Below are positions 37,833 to 46,197 of a stretch of DNA of 58,979 nucleotides, piece by piece. A program made the translations under genes and the position numbers. Under the pieces are notes generated by a model, which had not been told where the DNA came from, searched no databases, and saw nothing but the letters and a program-made list of their open reading frames with translations. The stretch covers positions 1 through 58,979 of the forward strand of contig JAXGJB010000013.1 in NCBI GenBank assembly GCA_040770465.1. Reading direction: 5' to 3'. The stretch is from Methanothrix sp. GTDB taxonomy: Archaea; Halobacteriota; Methanosarcinia; Methanotrichales; Methanotrichaceae. The first letter of the stretch is position 1. Every line of letters starts with the position of its first letter.

Positions 37833-38893
37833 ACCCGCTCCCTCCTCTCAAGCCAAATCGCCTCGGTCGGGCAGATCAGGCTGCATGTGGCGCATGAGCC
37901 GCAAGCATCCTGATCCACCACCACGATCGCACCGTTCTCCACCTCGAGGAGGGGCTTATTGTCCAGCTCGTTGAGGTGGCCTGCCGCCAGGTAGGGGTCG
38001 GAGAGGGCGTTGACGGGGCAGACGATGACGCAGTTTCCGCAGCCGAGGCAGGCGTCCCTGTCGGTCACCAGAGTTGAGGTCAGGGTGGGCCTCGCGGTCT
38101 TTCCCAGAACCCTCTTCTCAAGCCCCGCCTTCATCTTCATCTCGGGGAGGATCGCCGTCTTCTCGACGGTTATCGCCCCTACGGGGCAGGCGACGGAGCA
38201 GGCTCCGCAGAATATGCAGGCGTCAATTCTGTGGGTCACCTTCTCGACGATCTCGCCTGGCCCGAACTCACGGTTGAAGAGGGCGTCGCAGGGGCAGGTA
38301 TCGATGCAGGTTCTGCAGGCCTGACAGATCGATTCGTCCCGGAAGAAGGTGCCTGAGAAGGGTTTATTGACGGTGATGGCATCGACGGGACAGATAGCCG
38401 CGCACCAGCCGCAGTGGACGCAGGCTTCCAGGTCGATGACGGTTTTACCCTCGACCCTGAGAGAACCGTCCTGGGCGAGGACCCGGTCCTGGACGGTGAT
38501 GCAGCCCTGGGGGCAGACCTCGGCGCAGAGGCCGCAGTGGACGCATCTGTCGTCGACGGTGGTGGGCAGAATCGCTTTGGAAAGATACGATTCGGCCTCC
38601 TGCTCCTCTGGCTTCTCTTTTGGCTTCTCCTTTGCCCCCTCTTTCTCCTCCTTCCGGACGGCGAGGGCCCCCACAGGACAGCTCCGAGCGCAGATACCGC
38701 AGAAGACGCAAGCATCTCTCCGCTTCTCGATGAACTCTTTATCTATCAGCCCTCTTGCCACGGCGCCCACCGAGCCTATTACAAGCTCACCCTTGGGGCA
38801 GGCGGCAACGCAGGTCGCACACCCGATACATTTATCGGGATAATAAACGTGCGACTTATCCTCCCTAAGCTCCAGCAATACCTCTCTCATCAA
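37829..38893 (-). CDS. fwdF: formylmethanofuran dehydrogenase polyferredoxin subunit F
   Basis: eight CxxCxxCxxxCP motifs; first structural gene of the operon. Confidence 0.88.
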   Translation of the reverse strand: MMREVLLELREDKSHVYYPDKCIGCATCVAACPKGELVIGSVGAVARGLIDKEFIEKRRDACVFCGICARSCPVGALAVRKEEKEGAKEKPKEKPEEQEAESYLSKAILPTTVDDRCVHCGLCAEVCPQGCITVQDRVLAQDGSLRVEGKTVIDLEACVHCGWCAAICPVDAITVNKPFSGTFFRDESICQACRTCIDTCPCDALFNREFGPGEIVEKVTHRIDACIFCGACSVACPVGAITVEKTAILPEMKMKAGLEKRVLGKTARPTLTSTLVTDRDACLGCGNCVIVCPVNALSDPYLAAGHLNELDNKPLLEVENGAIVVVDQDACGSCATCSLICPTEAIWLERRERV

Positions 38894-39018
38894 ATCCCCG
38901 TCAAATCCTCATTCAGCTCGGTCTATCAGCTCAGTTTCTCATCCCGTCCTTCGTCTTGTCCTTCGTCTCGTCCTTCAGCTCGTCTTCCGGCCCAATTCAT
39001 CTATTATTATTTATTAAC

Positions 39019-39645
39019 TCATCTTTCAGCGCAGCTTCTGCAGAGCCTCTCGTCTCTCCGAAGAACGAAGCTCTCGCCGCAGTCCTCGCAGATGGCGGTC
39101 CTCTTCTTCGGCTTTTCGGCCACCTCGACGGTCACGGCCTTGATGGTGTAGACCCCGTCACCGGCCCTGAGAAGGTCTCGGATCGCTTCTTCGTGGGGGA
39201 CCTTCTCGGTGTTCATGTACCAGGAGTGGAGCCTCGGATAAGAGGCGGTCCTGGCGGGGTCGAGGACGACCCTCACCCCCTCGACCCTGGCGGCTCCTTT
39301 CGGAGCCCGTCTGGAGAATGTGGCCGCCATCTTGCCGCGGTCCTCGATCAAAAGGCCCTTGTTTCCGATGGTGCAACCGCCCAGGACCTGGAAGGCGTCG
39401 GGCATGCAGCTAAAAGTTTCGCAGGTTACAAAGAGCCTCTCGCCCTCGGAGAATCCCAGCTCTCTTCGAGCGATGTTATAGATCTGGATCCCCACGAAGG
39501 CTCCGGTGCTCAGATAGCCGTGAAAGGGGACGACCCTCTCGATCTGCGTGAGCAGCTCTGGGTCGGATATCGACCTTATGACCTCTTCCACGGAAATGTT
39601 CCTCCTGACCGTTATTGGGGTCAGAAGGTTTAATAAGGTTTTCAC
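39019..39645 (-). CDS. fmdE: FmdE family protein with a C-terminal zinc finger
   Basis: FHGYLSTG, C.PDAFQVLGGCTIGN, CEDCGE...CRSC; start uncertain. Confidence 0.8.
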   Translation of the reverse strand: MKTLLNLLTPITVRRNISVEEVIRSISDPELLTQIERVVPFHGYLSTGAFVGIQIYNIARRELGFSEGERLFVTCETFSCMPDAFQVLGGCTIGNKGLLIEDRGKMAATFSRRAPKGAARVEGVRVVLDPARTASYPRLHSWYMNTEKVPHEEAIRDLLRAGDGVYTIKAVTVEVAEKPKKRTAICEDCGESFVLRRDERLCRSCAER

Positions 39646-39743
39646 GAGGGAACGAGCACCAACTTGAACTCTCCGAGATCTGCACCTACCTCTCGAAAAA
39701 CGTCTCGATCGGTGGGCTCAAAATTGAGGCGAGGAGGGATCGT

Positions 39744-41195
39744 ATGAAGCGTTTCAAGATGTTGATCGATGGCGTCCAAAGAGAATCGGCGAGCGGGAAG
39801 GTCGGCGTGATCTACAACCCCGCAAACGGAAAGCCTGTTGCCGAGGTTGCCTTTGGGGGGCGGGAGGATGCGACTCTCGCCCTGAAGGCTGCAGAGAGGG
39901 CATTTCCCGGATGGTCCGGCGTCGATCCAGGAAAGAGGGGGGATCTCCTTCACCGGGCCGCCGACCTGGTCCGGCTGAGGATTGACGAGATCGGTCGGCT
40001 TCTGACGATGGAGCAGGGTAAGCCCTTGAGGTACGCGAAGAGGGAGGTTGAAGGCTCGGCGGAGGCTCTGGACTATTACGCCGAGGAGGGGAAGAGGAGC
40101 TTCGGCGAGGTCGTCCCGACGCCGGGCAGAAGGACGAGAAGCCTTGTCATCAGGCAGCCGTTGGGGGTTGCCGCCATCATCTCGCCGTGGAACTATCCCG
40201 TGGACCTTCTCGCCTGGAAGCTCGCCCCGGCCCTCGCAGCCGGATGTACCGTCGTTGCAAAGCCCGCGAGCGGCGCGCCCCTGGCTGCCACCGCCTTCGC
40301 CGAGGCCGTCAATGATGCGGGATTTCCTGCGGGGGTCATCAACCTCGTAAACGGGCCCGGCGGGGAGGTCGGCTCCGAGCTTGTCGAGAGCCCCATCTCC
40401 CGGAAGGTCTCGTTCACCGGGAATACGGAGACGGGAAAGGAGATCATGGAGCGGTCGGCAAGGCAGATCAAGCGGCTCTCTCTGGAGCTGGGGGGCTCCT
40501 CCCCGGCAGTCGTCTGCGAGGACGCCGATATCGCTGCCGCAGCCGAGGCCTGCGTCCAGAGGGCGTTCTCCAACATGGGGCAGATCTGCATCAGCATCAA
40601 CCGGATCTACGTCCACGACTCCATCGCCCAGGAGTTCGCCGAACGGCTGGTGAAAAAGACCGAGCGTCTCAGGATCGGTGACGGCCTCGATCCGGAGGTG
40701 GACCTGGGGCCGATGTTCAGCGAGGCAGAGCGGCAGAAGACGAGAGACCACATCGCCGACGCCCTGGCCAGGGGCGCCGCCCTCCTATGCGGCGGCAGAG
40801 AGCCGGAGGGCGAAGAGTACCGGAAGGGCTTCTTCTTCCTCCCCACGGTCCTGGAGAGGATGGACCACTCCATGAGGATGATGAGGGAGGAGACATTCGG
40901 CCCGGTGGCGCCGATGATGAGCTTCTCGACGGACGATGAGGCCCTGAGGCTCGCCAACGACTCGCGGTACGGCCTTGCAGCCTACGTCTTCACCGAAGAT
41001 ATGACGAGGGCCTTCCGGTTTGCAGAACGGCTTGAGTCGGGGTCGGTGGGGGTCAATACGACGAGTCCAATCGTTCCTGGGGCCCCCTTTGGCGGGTGGA
41101 AGGAGAGCGGCCTCGGGCGAGAGCGGTCGCGGAGCGCCTTATACGAGTACATGGAAGAGAAGCACATCCGGTTGGGGTTCGGGGAGGAGATCTGA
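39744..41195 (+). CDS. NAD(P)-dependent aldehyde dehydrogenase (succinate-semialdehyde dehydrogenase-like)
   Basis: PWNYP, FTG, LELGG, GQIC, EETFGP, PFGGWKESG; GGAGG SD before ATG 39744. Confidence 0.92.
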   Translation: MKRFKMLIDGVQRESASGKVGVIYNPANGKPVAEVAFGGREDATLALKAAERAFPGWSGVDPGKRGDLLHRAADLVRLRIDEIGRLLTMEQGKPLRYAKREVEGSAEALDYYAEEGKRSFGEVVPTPGRRTRSLVIRQPLGVAAIISPWNYPVDLLAWKLAPALAAGCTVVAKPASGAPLAATAFAEAVNDAGFPAGVINLVNGPGGEVGSELVESPISRKVSFTGNTETGKEIMERSARQIKRLSLELGGSSPAVVCEDADIAAAAEACVQRAFSNMGQICISINRIYVHDSIAQEFAERLVKKTERLRIGDGLDPEVDLGPMFSEAERQKTRDHIADALARGAALLCGGREPEGEEYRKGFFFLPTVLERMDHSMRMMREETFGPVAPMMSFSTDDEALRLANDSRYGLAAYVFTEDMTRAFRFAERLESGSVGVNTTSPIVPGAPFGGWKESGLGRERSRSALYEYMEEKHIRLGFGEEI

Positions 41196-41225
41196 AGGTC
41201 AAGGTCAAGGTCGAGGCCTAGGGGG

Positions 41226-41921
41226 GTGGCGAGCACTACATACACCCCCCTCTTCTCCGAAAAGATCCGAAACTGCAGGACCCAGATTAGGAGAAACGAC
41301 CCCGAGTCTCCCAAAGATGCCCTGGATCGGCTGAACAGGCTATCGAAGGATGCGGCGAACTCGTCGAGCATCGAGAGGCTTCTGGGGATCGAGGGCGCGG
41401 CGGCGGAGATATACTTCGGGAGGCTCGACCGTCTCCTCAAATCCGATCAGGGTTTCACTTTCGCGAACAGGAACAGAAGGCCCCCGAAAGATCCGGTGAA
41501 CGCCGTCTTATCCTATCTTTACGCCGTCCTGGCGAAGGACGTCTTCGTCTCGCTTCTGGCGGTGGGGTTTGACCCATATCTCGGGTTCTACCACCGGCCG
41601 AGGTACGGCCGTCCAGCTCTGGCGTTGGACATGATGGAGGAGTTTAGGCCGATCATCGCGGACTCAACGACGATCAATCTCTTCAACAACGGCGAACTCA
41701 CTGATAAGGACTTCATCAAGACGGGGATGGGCGTCTCCATGAAACGTCAGGCCAAGAGAACGGTGCTGGCTGGCTACGAACGGAGGATGCAGACGGAGAT
41801 CGATCATCCCATATTCGGCTACAAGGTGAGCTATCTGCGAGTCTTGGAGGTTCAGGCCCGGCTCCTGTCCAGGGTCATCTCCGGCGAGATAAAGGAGTAC
41901 CCTGCCTTTGTGACGAGGTGA
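41226..41921 (+). pseudogene. cas1: Cas1, C-terminal ~2/3 only (5'-truncated; resembles type I-G Cas1)
   Basis: LLGIEG..A..YF, NRRPP.DPVNA.LSY, DPYLGFYH, ALALDMMEEFRP; N-terminal beta-domain absent and aldehyde dehydrogenase directly upstream. Confidence 0.85.
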
Positions 41922-41925
41922 GAAG

Positions 41926-42222
41926 GTGAGAGGACGAAATTGCTATGTGGTGAGCTACGACATCATGGAGCCGAGACGGCTTCAAAAGGTCCACAAGACG
42001 ATGAAGGGCTTTGGAGATGCCGTTCACTACTCCGTCTTCCGCTGCGATCTCACCCCCAAGGGTCGGGTGGAGATGATAGCAGCGCTGACGGGTCTCATAA
42101 AGCATGACGAGGACAGGGTGATGATAATCGATCTCGGCCCGGTTGAGGGGATGGCGGAGGATAGAATAGAGTTTCTGGGGGTCCACAGCCCCAAAGAGAA
42201 GGAGAATGCGATCATCGTATGA
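41926..42222 (+). CDS. cas2: CRISPR-associated endonuclease Cas2
   Basis: YVVSYDI..PRRLQKV...GFG..VHYSVFRC...DRVMIIDLG. Confidence 0.95.
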   Translation: MRGRNCYVVSYDIMEPRRLQKVHKTMKGFGDAVHYSVFRCDLTPKGRVEMIAALTGLIKHDEDRVMIIDLGPVEGMAEDRIEFLGVHSPKEKENAIIV

Positions 42223-42557
42223 TCTAAAATCGGCGATCTAATGAGACCAAACCGCAATCGATTTAAACCTTGAGCAATATCTCAGGGAGCAGAAGCTCTG
42301 GACAATAAGCCCCCTGTGACATCAGGGCCGTCCATCCAGTGGGACGCCGGGAGGGACCGAAGAGGTCCCTATTTAGCAGAGGCCTTCTTGCGAGAGGTGG
42401 AGTGGTGTCCAAAACCCTGGGACCCGCTCGAAAAGCCCCTGCATAGCGAAAATGCCTTCTTTCCAGGGTCAACATTCTGAACGTTTTCTAAGAAGTTAAC
42501 GAACCTCTCGAAAATCGCCATTTTTTCGATAGCAGTAAAGGCCGAAAAACGGCCGCC
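42223..42557 (+). promoter_or_regulatory. CRISPR leader region
   Basis: non-coding interval between cas2 and the first repeat; repeats end in ATTGAAAC on the + strand. Confidence 0.6.
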
Positions 42558-42736
42558 CTATCCATGGCTGAAAAGTCGTGGCCCCATTGAAACATTTTCC
42601 ACTTAGTGGATTTAAGAACATATATACATGTTGGGCTATCCATGGCTGAAAAGTCGTGGCCCCATTGAAACATCTTAATCAATCCTTAAAACTTTGGGTT
42701 GTTTCTAGGCTATCCATGGCTGAAAAGTCGTGGCCC
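42558..42736 (+). CRISPR. mini CRISPR array: 36-bp repeat CTATCCATGGCTGAAAAGTCGTGGCCCCATTGAAAC, 2 full repeats + 1 truncated, 2 spacers (42 and 38 bp)
   Basis: repeats at 42558-42593, 42636-42671 and 42710-42736 (cut after 27 nt); CCATGGCT-GAAA-AGTCGTGG hairpin. Confidence 0.95.
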
Positions 42737-42892
42737 AGCAAGCCATGCCCTTCTGCCCTCATAACCGGCATCATCGGCTGGCGGCACTGTCATGTTGTGG
42801 TAGCGTCATGCAAAAATCACTTGCGTATCGTCACAGTCTATTGGCCGGAGGATGATGAATGGATAGACCACATGACGAGAAGAGAGAGCTGA
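42737..42892 (+). pseudogene. C-terminal remnant of a DUF4258 (RelE/BrnT-like) toxin fused to the truncated repeat
   Basis: KPCPSALI.G...HCHVVVA...LRIVTVYWP...W.D...R; precedes the YgiT-type gene. Confidence 0.7.
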
Positions 42893-43152
42893 TACCCGAC
42901 GTCTGCAGCTGCGGCCGAGGCAAACTCGCGCCCGGCGTCACGGATTATATCACAAGAGTCGAGGGGAGCGTTCTGGTTATCAAGAACGTACCAGCCTTGA
43001 TCTGCGACATCTGCGACGAGGCTTATCTTACTCCGGAGGCTTCACGGGAGATCGATCGGGTCGTGAAGGAGTTTCGGGAGGGGAGGCTTCTTGCAAAGCC
43101 GATCGCAGCCGGCGAGGTCGACCTCAAGCTCAAGATGAAGGAGACGGCCTGA
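42859..43152 (+). CDS. YgiT-type zinc finger / MqsA-like antitoxin
   Basis: CSCG...LVIKNVPALICDICDEAY; start uncertain. Confidence 0.8.
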   Translation: MDRPHDEKRELIPDVCSCGRGKLAPGVTDYITRVEGSVLVIKNVPALICDICDEAYLTPEASREIDRVVKEFREGRLLAKPIAAGEVDLKLKMKETA

Positions 43153-43209
43153 GCGGATCGGGACGGAACGCCGGCGCGATCTCCGCTCCGCCCGAAAAAT
43201 GACCTTGCT

Positions 43210-43476
43210 TCAGGCTTTCTCTTCAGGAAGAGCGGAGACGTCCAAGAGGTCGGCAATGACATCTTCAACAAGATGCGATACGGACCGTCTTCTCTTATGA
43301 GCCAGCCTCTCCAGTTCGAAAAACGCCGGCTCCGGCAGCTCGACCAGCACTCGGCGCAGCTTCTCATCCCTCTCAAATCCCCGCCACCGGGCCTCAGATT
43401 CCTCTGCATCCTCGAAGGCGTCAGCAGCTGAAAGCACCTCTTCTTCGGGCTCGTGGGGCAAATACTTCTTCTTCAT
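43210..43476 (-). CDS. small RHH/CopG-like putative antitoxin
   Basis: VLVELPE..FFELERLA..RRRSVSHLV; overlaps the DUF3368 stop. Confidence 0.6.
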   Translation of the reverse strand: MKKKYLPHEPEEEVLSAADAFEDAEESEARWRGFERDEKLRRVLVELPEPAFFELERLAHKRRRSVSHLVEDVIADLLDVSALPEEKA

Positions 43477-44057
43477 CTTATGGCATCCTCAGATCGTCTT
43501 ACGAGATTGTCGTAGATCTCGTTTATAAACCTGGACGAATAATGCGTCCCCTGTCTCTGGCACTCCTCCAGCGCCCTCCGCAGATCCTCTGGCTCAATTA
43601 TCCGCTCCCGACAAGCTCGAATTAAGATGCCAGGAAATCCGATTACAGGCACTTTTCTTTGTTTGGCGACATCCCTTGCGGCCAGCTCATCGATGAGCAA
43701 TTCGACTGCCTGAGAGTTGCTCCGGAGCATCAACACAATTGCAAAGGACTCCGGAAGGTGATGGAGGGGATTTTTATCCCTGGAAATCCGATGGTTGGCG
43801 ATCTCGTCTGCTACAGCCCTGGCAGCATCGCATTCCTCTGGCGTGAAATCCTGGCAGATCACGATGAAACCCGCCTCCAATAGCTCGTTGATTTCAGCAT
43901 CTGCTCCATGCTTTTGATATTCGGGGATTTCGTCTGCAGGTATGAGCATCTGATCGTAGAACGATAGCAGAATGTGCATGCAATCGGATTGGAGGGCTGA
44001 AATCAGCGGACCTGTATTGCTGACGGCAACTCTTGGGCTCGATTGAGTCGTGGGCAT
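43473..44057 (-). CDS. DUF3368 / PIN-domain putative toxin
   Basis: VSNTGPLI, HLPESFAI, LLIDE.AAR.VA, G..GIL. Confidence 0.8.
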   Translation of the reverse strand: MPTTQSSPRVAVSNTGPLISALQSDCMHILLSFYDQMLIPADEIPEYQKHGADAEINELLEAGFIVICQDFTPEECDAARAVADEIANHRISRDKNPLHHLPESFAIVLMLRSNSQAVELLIDELAARDVAKQRKVPVIGFPGILIRACRERIIEPEDLRRALEECQRQGTHYSSRFINEIYDNLVRRSEDAIR

Positions 44058-44236
44058 TTGCTCAATTAAATGTAGACATCTTCCTATAAAAGATCATTTA
44101 TCGACCATCTCGGCAAAGATCTGCGCCGGACCGCTATCCATAATCGGCTGAATACCATTCGATGCCCCGGACCTTCGGAGCGCGGTGAAATCGCGACCTC
44201 GTCAAGCTTATATTCAATTGCTGTAAACACTACTCC

Positions 44237-44464
44237 ATGTCAACTTCGGTTTACAGCATCCGTCTGGAGAGCGAAGTCCGGCGGATGATGGACGAGATGA
44301 GCGAGGTCGACTGGCAGGCCGAGATCAGGAAGACGGTGGAGACGATGGTCCGGGAGAGAAAAAAGAGGATGCTCCTGGACCGGGCAGAAGCCCGCTGGAG
44401 TGAGCAGGTCGACGGCGCCGAGGGCGCGGCGTCGATGATAAGAGAGGACAGAGATGCGAGATGA
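44237..44464 (+). CDS. vapB: VapB-like antitoxin
   Basis: SVYSIRL...VDWQAEIRK...MIREDRDAR, overlaps the vapC start. Confidence 0.8.
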   Translation: MSTSVYSIRLESEVRRMMDEMSEVDWQAEIRKTVETMVRERKKRMLLDRAEARWSEQVDGAEGAASMIREDRDAR

Positions 44465-44889
44465 TATGCGAGATGAATATGCAAGATAAGGCCGTCCTCG
44501 ACTCCAGCGTCATCGCGGCCATCTTCTTTTTTGAGGAGGCTTCCGCCAGAGCGCTTGATATGGCGGACGGATGCGATCCCGTCACCCTGGACCTGGCGGT
44601 CCCAGAGGTGGGGAACGTGGCCTGGAAGCGGGTCGCGTTCTCCGGCGAGGACGAAGGAACGGCCATCGCCGCCCTGCGGGACTGCCTTGAGTTTGTCAGG
44701 GAAACCTGCGCCCTCCTCGAATCGGCTGACCTCCTGGAGGAGGCCTTCGAGATCGCAGTCCAGGATAAGGTATCAGTTTACGACTCCCTCTTCCTGGCGG
44801 CGGCAGAGAGCGAAGGCGCTCCGCTTCTGACCCTCGACAAGAAGCTGTATGAGAGGGTGAAAGAGAAGAGGGATGTGCGTCTCGTCTAG
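44461..44889 (+). CDS. vapC: VapC PIN-domain toxin
   Basis: VLDSSV, EVGNVAWK, SVYDSLFLA.A, LLTLD. Confidence 0.9.
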   Translation: MICEMNMQDKAVLDSSVIAAIFFFEEASARALDMADGCDPVTLDLAVPEVGNVAWKRVAFSGEDEGTAIAALRDCLEFVRETCALLESADLLEEAFEIAVQDKVSVYDSLFLAAAESEGAPLLTLDKKLYERVKEKRDVRLV

Positions 44890-44943
44890 CGTAGCGTCAT
44901 AGCCCCGGCGCCGTCGTGGTTGCGTTCAGCTGCTCGCTTTTTG

Positions 44944-44979
44944 CTATCCATGGCTGAAAAGCCGAGTCCCCATTGAAAC
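44944..44979 (+). CRISPR. orphan degenerate CRISPR repeat CTATCCATGGCTGAAAAGCCGAGTCCCCATTGAAAC
   Basis: 33/36 identical to the array repeat, 2.2 kb downstream of it. Confidence 0.9.
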
Positions 44980-45053
44980 AGCGCCCCTGGGGGCATTCTG
45001 CCGCCAGGGCCTCAGCAACAGGGCCTCAGCAACTTAAAAAATCCGAAAAGAAT

Positions 45054-46188
45054 GAGGATTTCGAAAAACCTAATTATCGTAATGTTTAAATAGTATTAAT
45101 TACAATTAATTGTTATGAATACTTTTTCGGCCTGGGCGTTCCGAGAAGTTTACAGTAAGCAGAAATCAGAGAACCGGCTCTTGCAGATAGTTGATATCAT
45201 AGACTGGAAACCTATTCGCGAGCTACTTGAGGAGATGTACCGGAACAAAAGCGAGAAAGGTGGGCGACCTAATTGCGACGTTCTGATGATGTTCAGGATT
45301 CTGATACTTGAGGAGTGGTACGGTCTAAGCGACCTTGAAGTTGTGAGACAGATCAAGGATCGTGTGTCGTTTATGGGATTTCTTGGTTTTCCGGAGCGGG
45401 TCCCTGATTCCAGCACGGTATGGCTGTTCAAGGAGCGGATGATAGAGACAGGAACGTACGATCGAGTCTGGGATGAATTCAGACATCAGTTGGATTCTAA
45501 GGGACTAATGGTGAAACGTGGAACAATCCAGGATGCTACATTCATTGAAGCTGATCCTGGTTCATCTAAAAAACCTCGTGGTGATCAAGCTAAAACTCGC
45601 CGAAGCAAAGATGGCACGTGGACAAAGAAGGGTGAAGAGCTTCACTTTGGGTATAAACTTCATTCTAAAGTAGATTTGGACTATGCACTTATCCGTGAGA
45701 TAGATACGACCACAGCAAAGGTCCACGATAGCAGAGTCGATCTTTCCGTTCCAGGAGAGGTGGTGCTTAGAGATAAGGGATATTTTGGGGTGCCTGCGAG
45801 GGGTGAAGATTTCACTATGAAGAGAAGGACGACGGAAAGACCGCTGGATGAACTCGAAAATGAACGGAATCGGCTGATAAGTAAGCTGAGATCACCTGGA
45901 GAAAGACCCTTCGCGGTTATAAAGCGAGTTTTTGGAGCAGGCAGGGTTCTGGTTACAACTATGAAAAGGGTTCATGGTAAAATGATAGTTGCAGCCATCG
46001 CGTATAATCTGTATCAGCTATACACACTAAAAAGAGCGGAGGTTATCTGAAGATAGCGGAAGCTATCTAAAATTGCTGAGAATTAGGCCAAATTAAGAAG
46101 ATATGGCGCGTGAGCGGGGCAAATATGACGCTGATAATTGGATTTGGGGACCAAAACGCGCTCTCTCAACCAGTAAATCGAAATCCTC
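45054..46188 (+). mobile_element. IS5-family insertion sequence (~1135 bp)
   Basis: 11-bp terminal inverted repeats GAGGATTTCGA (45054-45064) / TCGAAATCCTC (46178-46188); lower GC; no obvious target-site duplication. Confidence 0.8.
45115..46050 (+). CDS. IS5 family DDE transposase
   Basis: GGRP, LSD, PD.ST...F, IQDAT, FGYKLH, DKGY, R..GERPF..IKR, YNL. Confidence 0.93.
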   Translation: MNTFSAWAFREVYSKQKSENRLLQIVDIIDWKPIRELLEEMYRNKSEKGGRPNCDVLMMFRILILEEWYGLSDLEVVRQIKDRVSFMGFLGFPERVPDSSTVWLFKERMIETGTYDRVWDEFRHQLDSKGLMVKRGTIQDATFIEADPGSSKKPRGDQAKTRRSKDGTWTKKGEELHFGYKLHSKVDLDYALIREIDTTTAKVHDSRVDLSVPGEVVLRDKGYFGVPARGEDFTMKRRTTERPLDELENERNRLISKLRSPGERPFAVIKRVFGAGRVLVTTMKRVHGKMIVAAIAYNLYQLYTLKRAEVI

Positions 46189-46197
46189 GAATAATAA

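Noticed and set aside
310-41440. Numerous long overlapping or antisense ORFs in the track (e.g. 2456-3271, 36667-37851, 39642-40751)
   Set aside because: Shadow frames of well-supported GC-rich genes, Arg/Pro/Gly-biased with no motifs
45025-46080. CTCAGCAA / TTGCTGAG as IS ends
   Set aside because: Only 8 bp; the 11-bp GAGGATTTCGA pair brackets the transposase better
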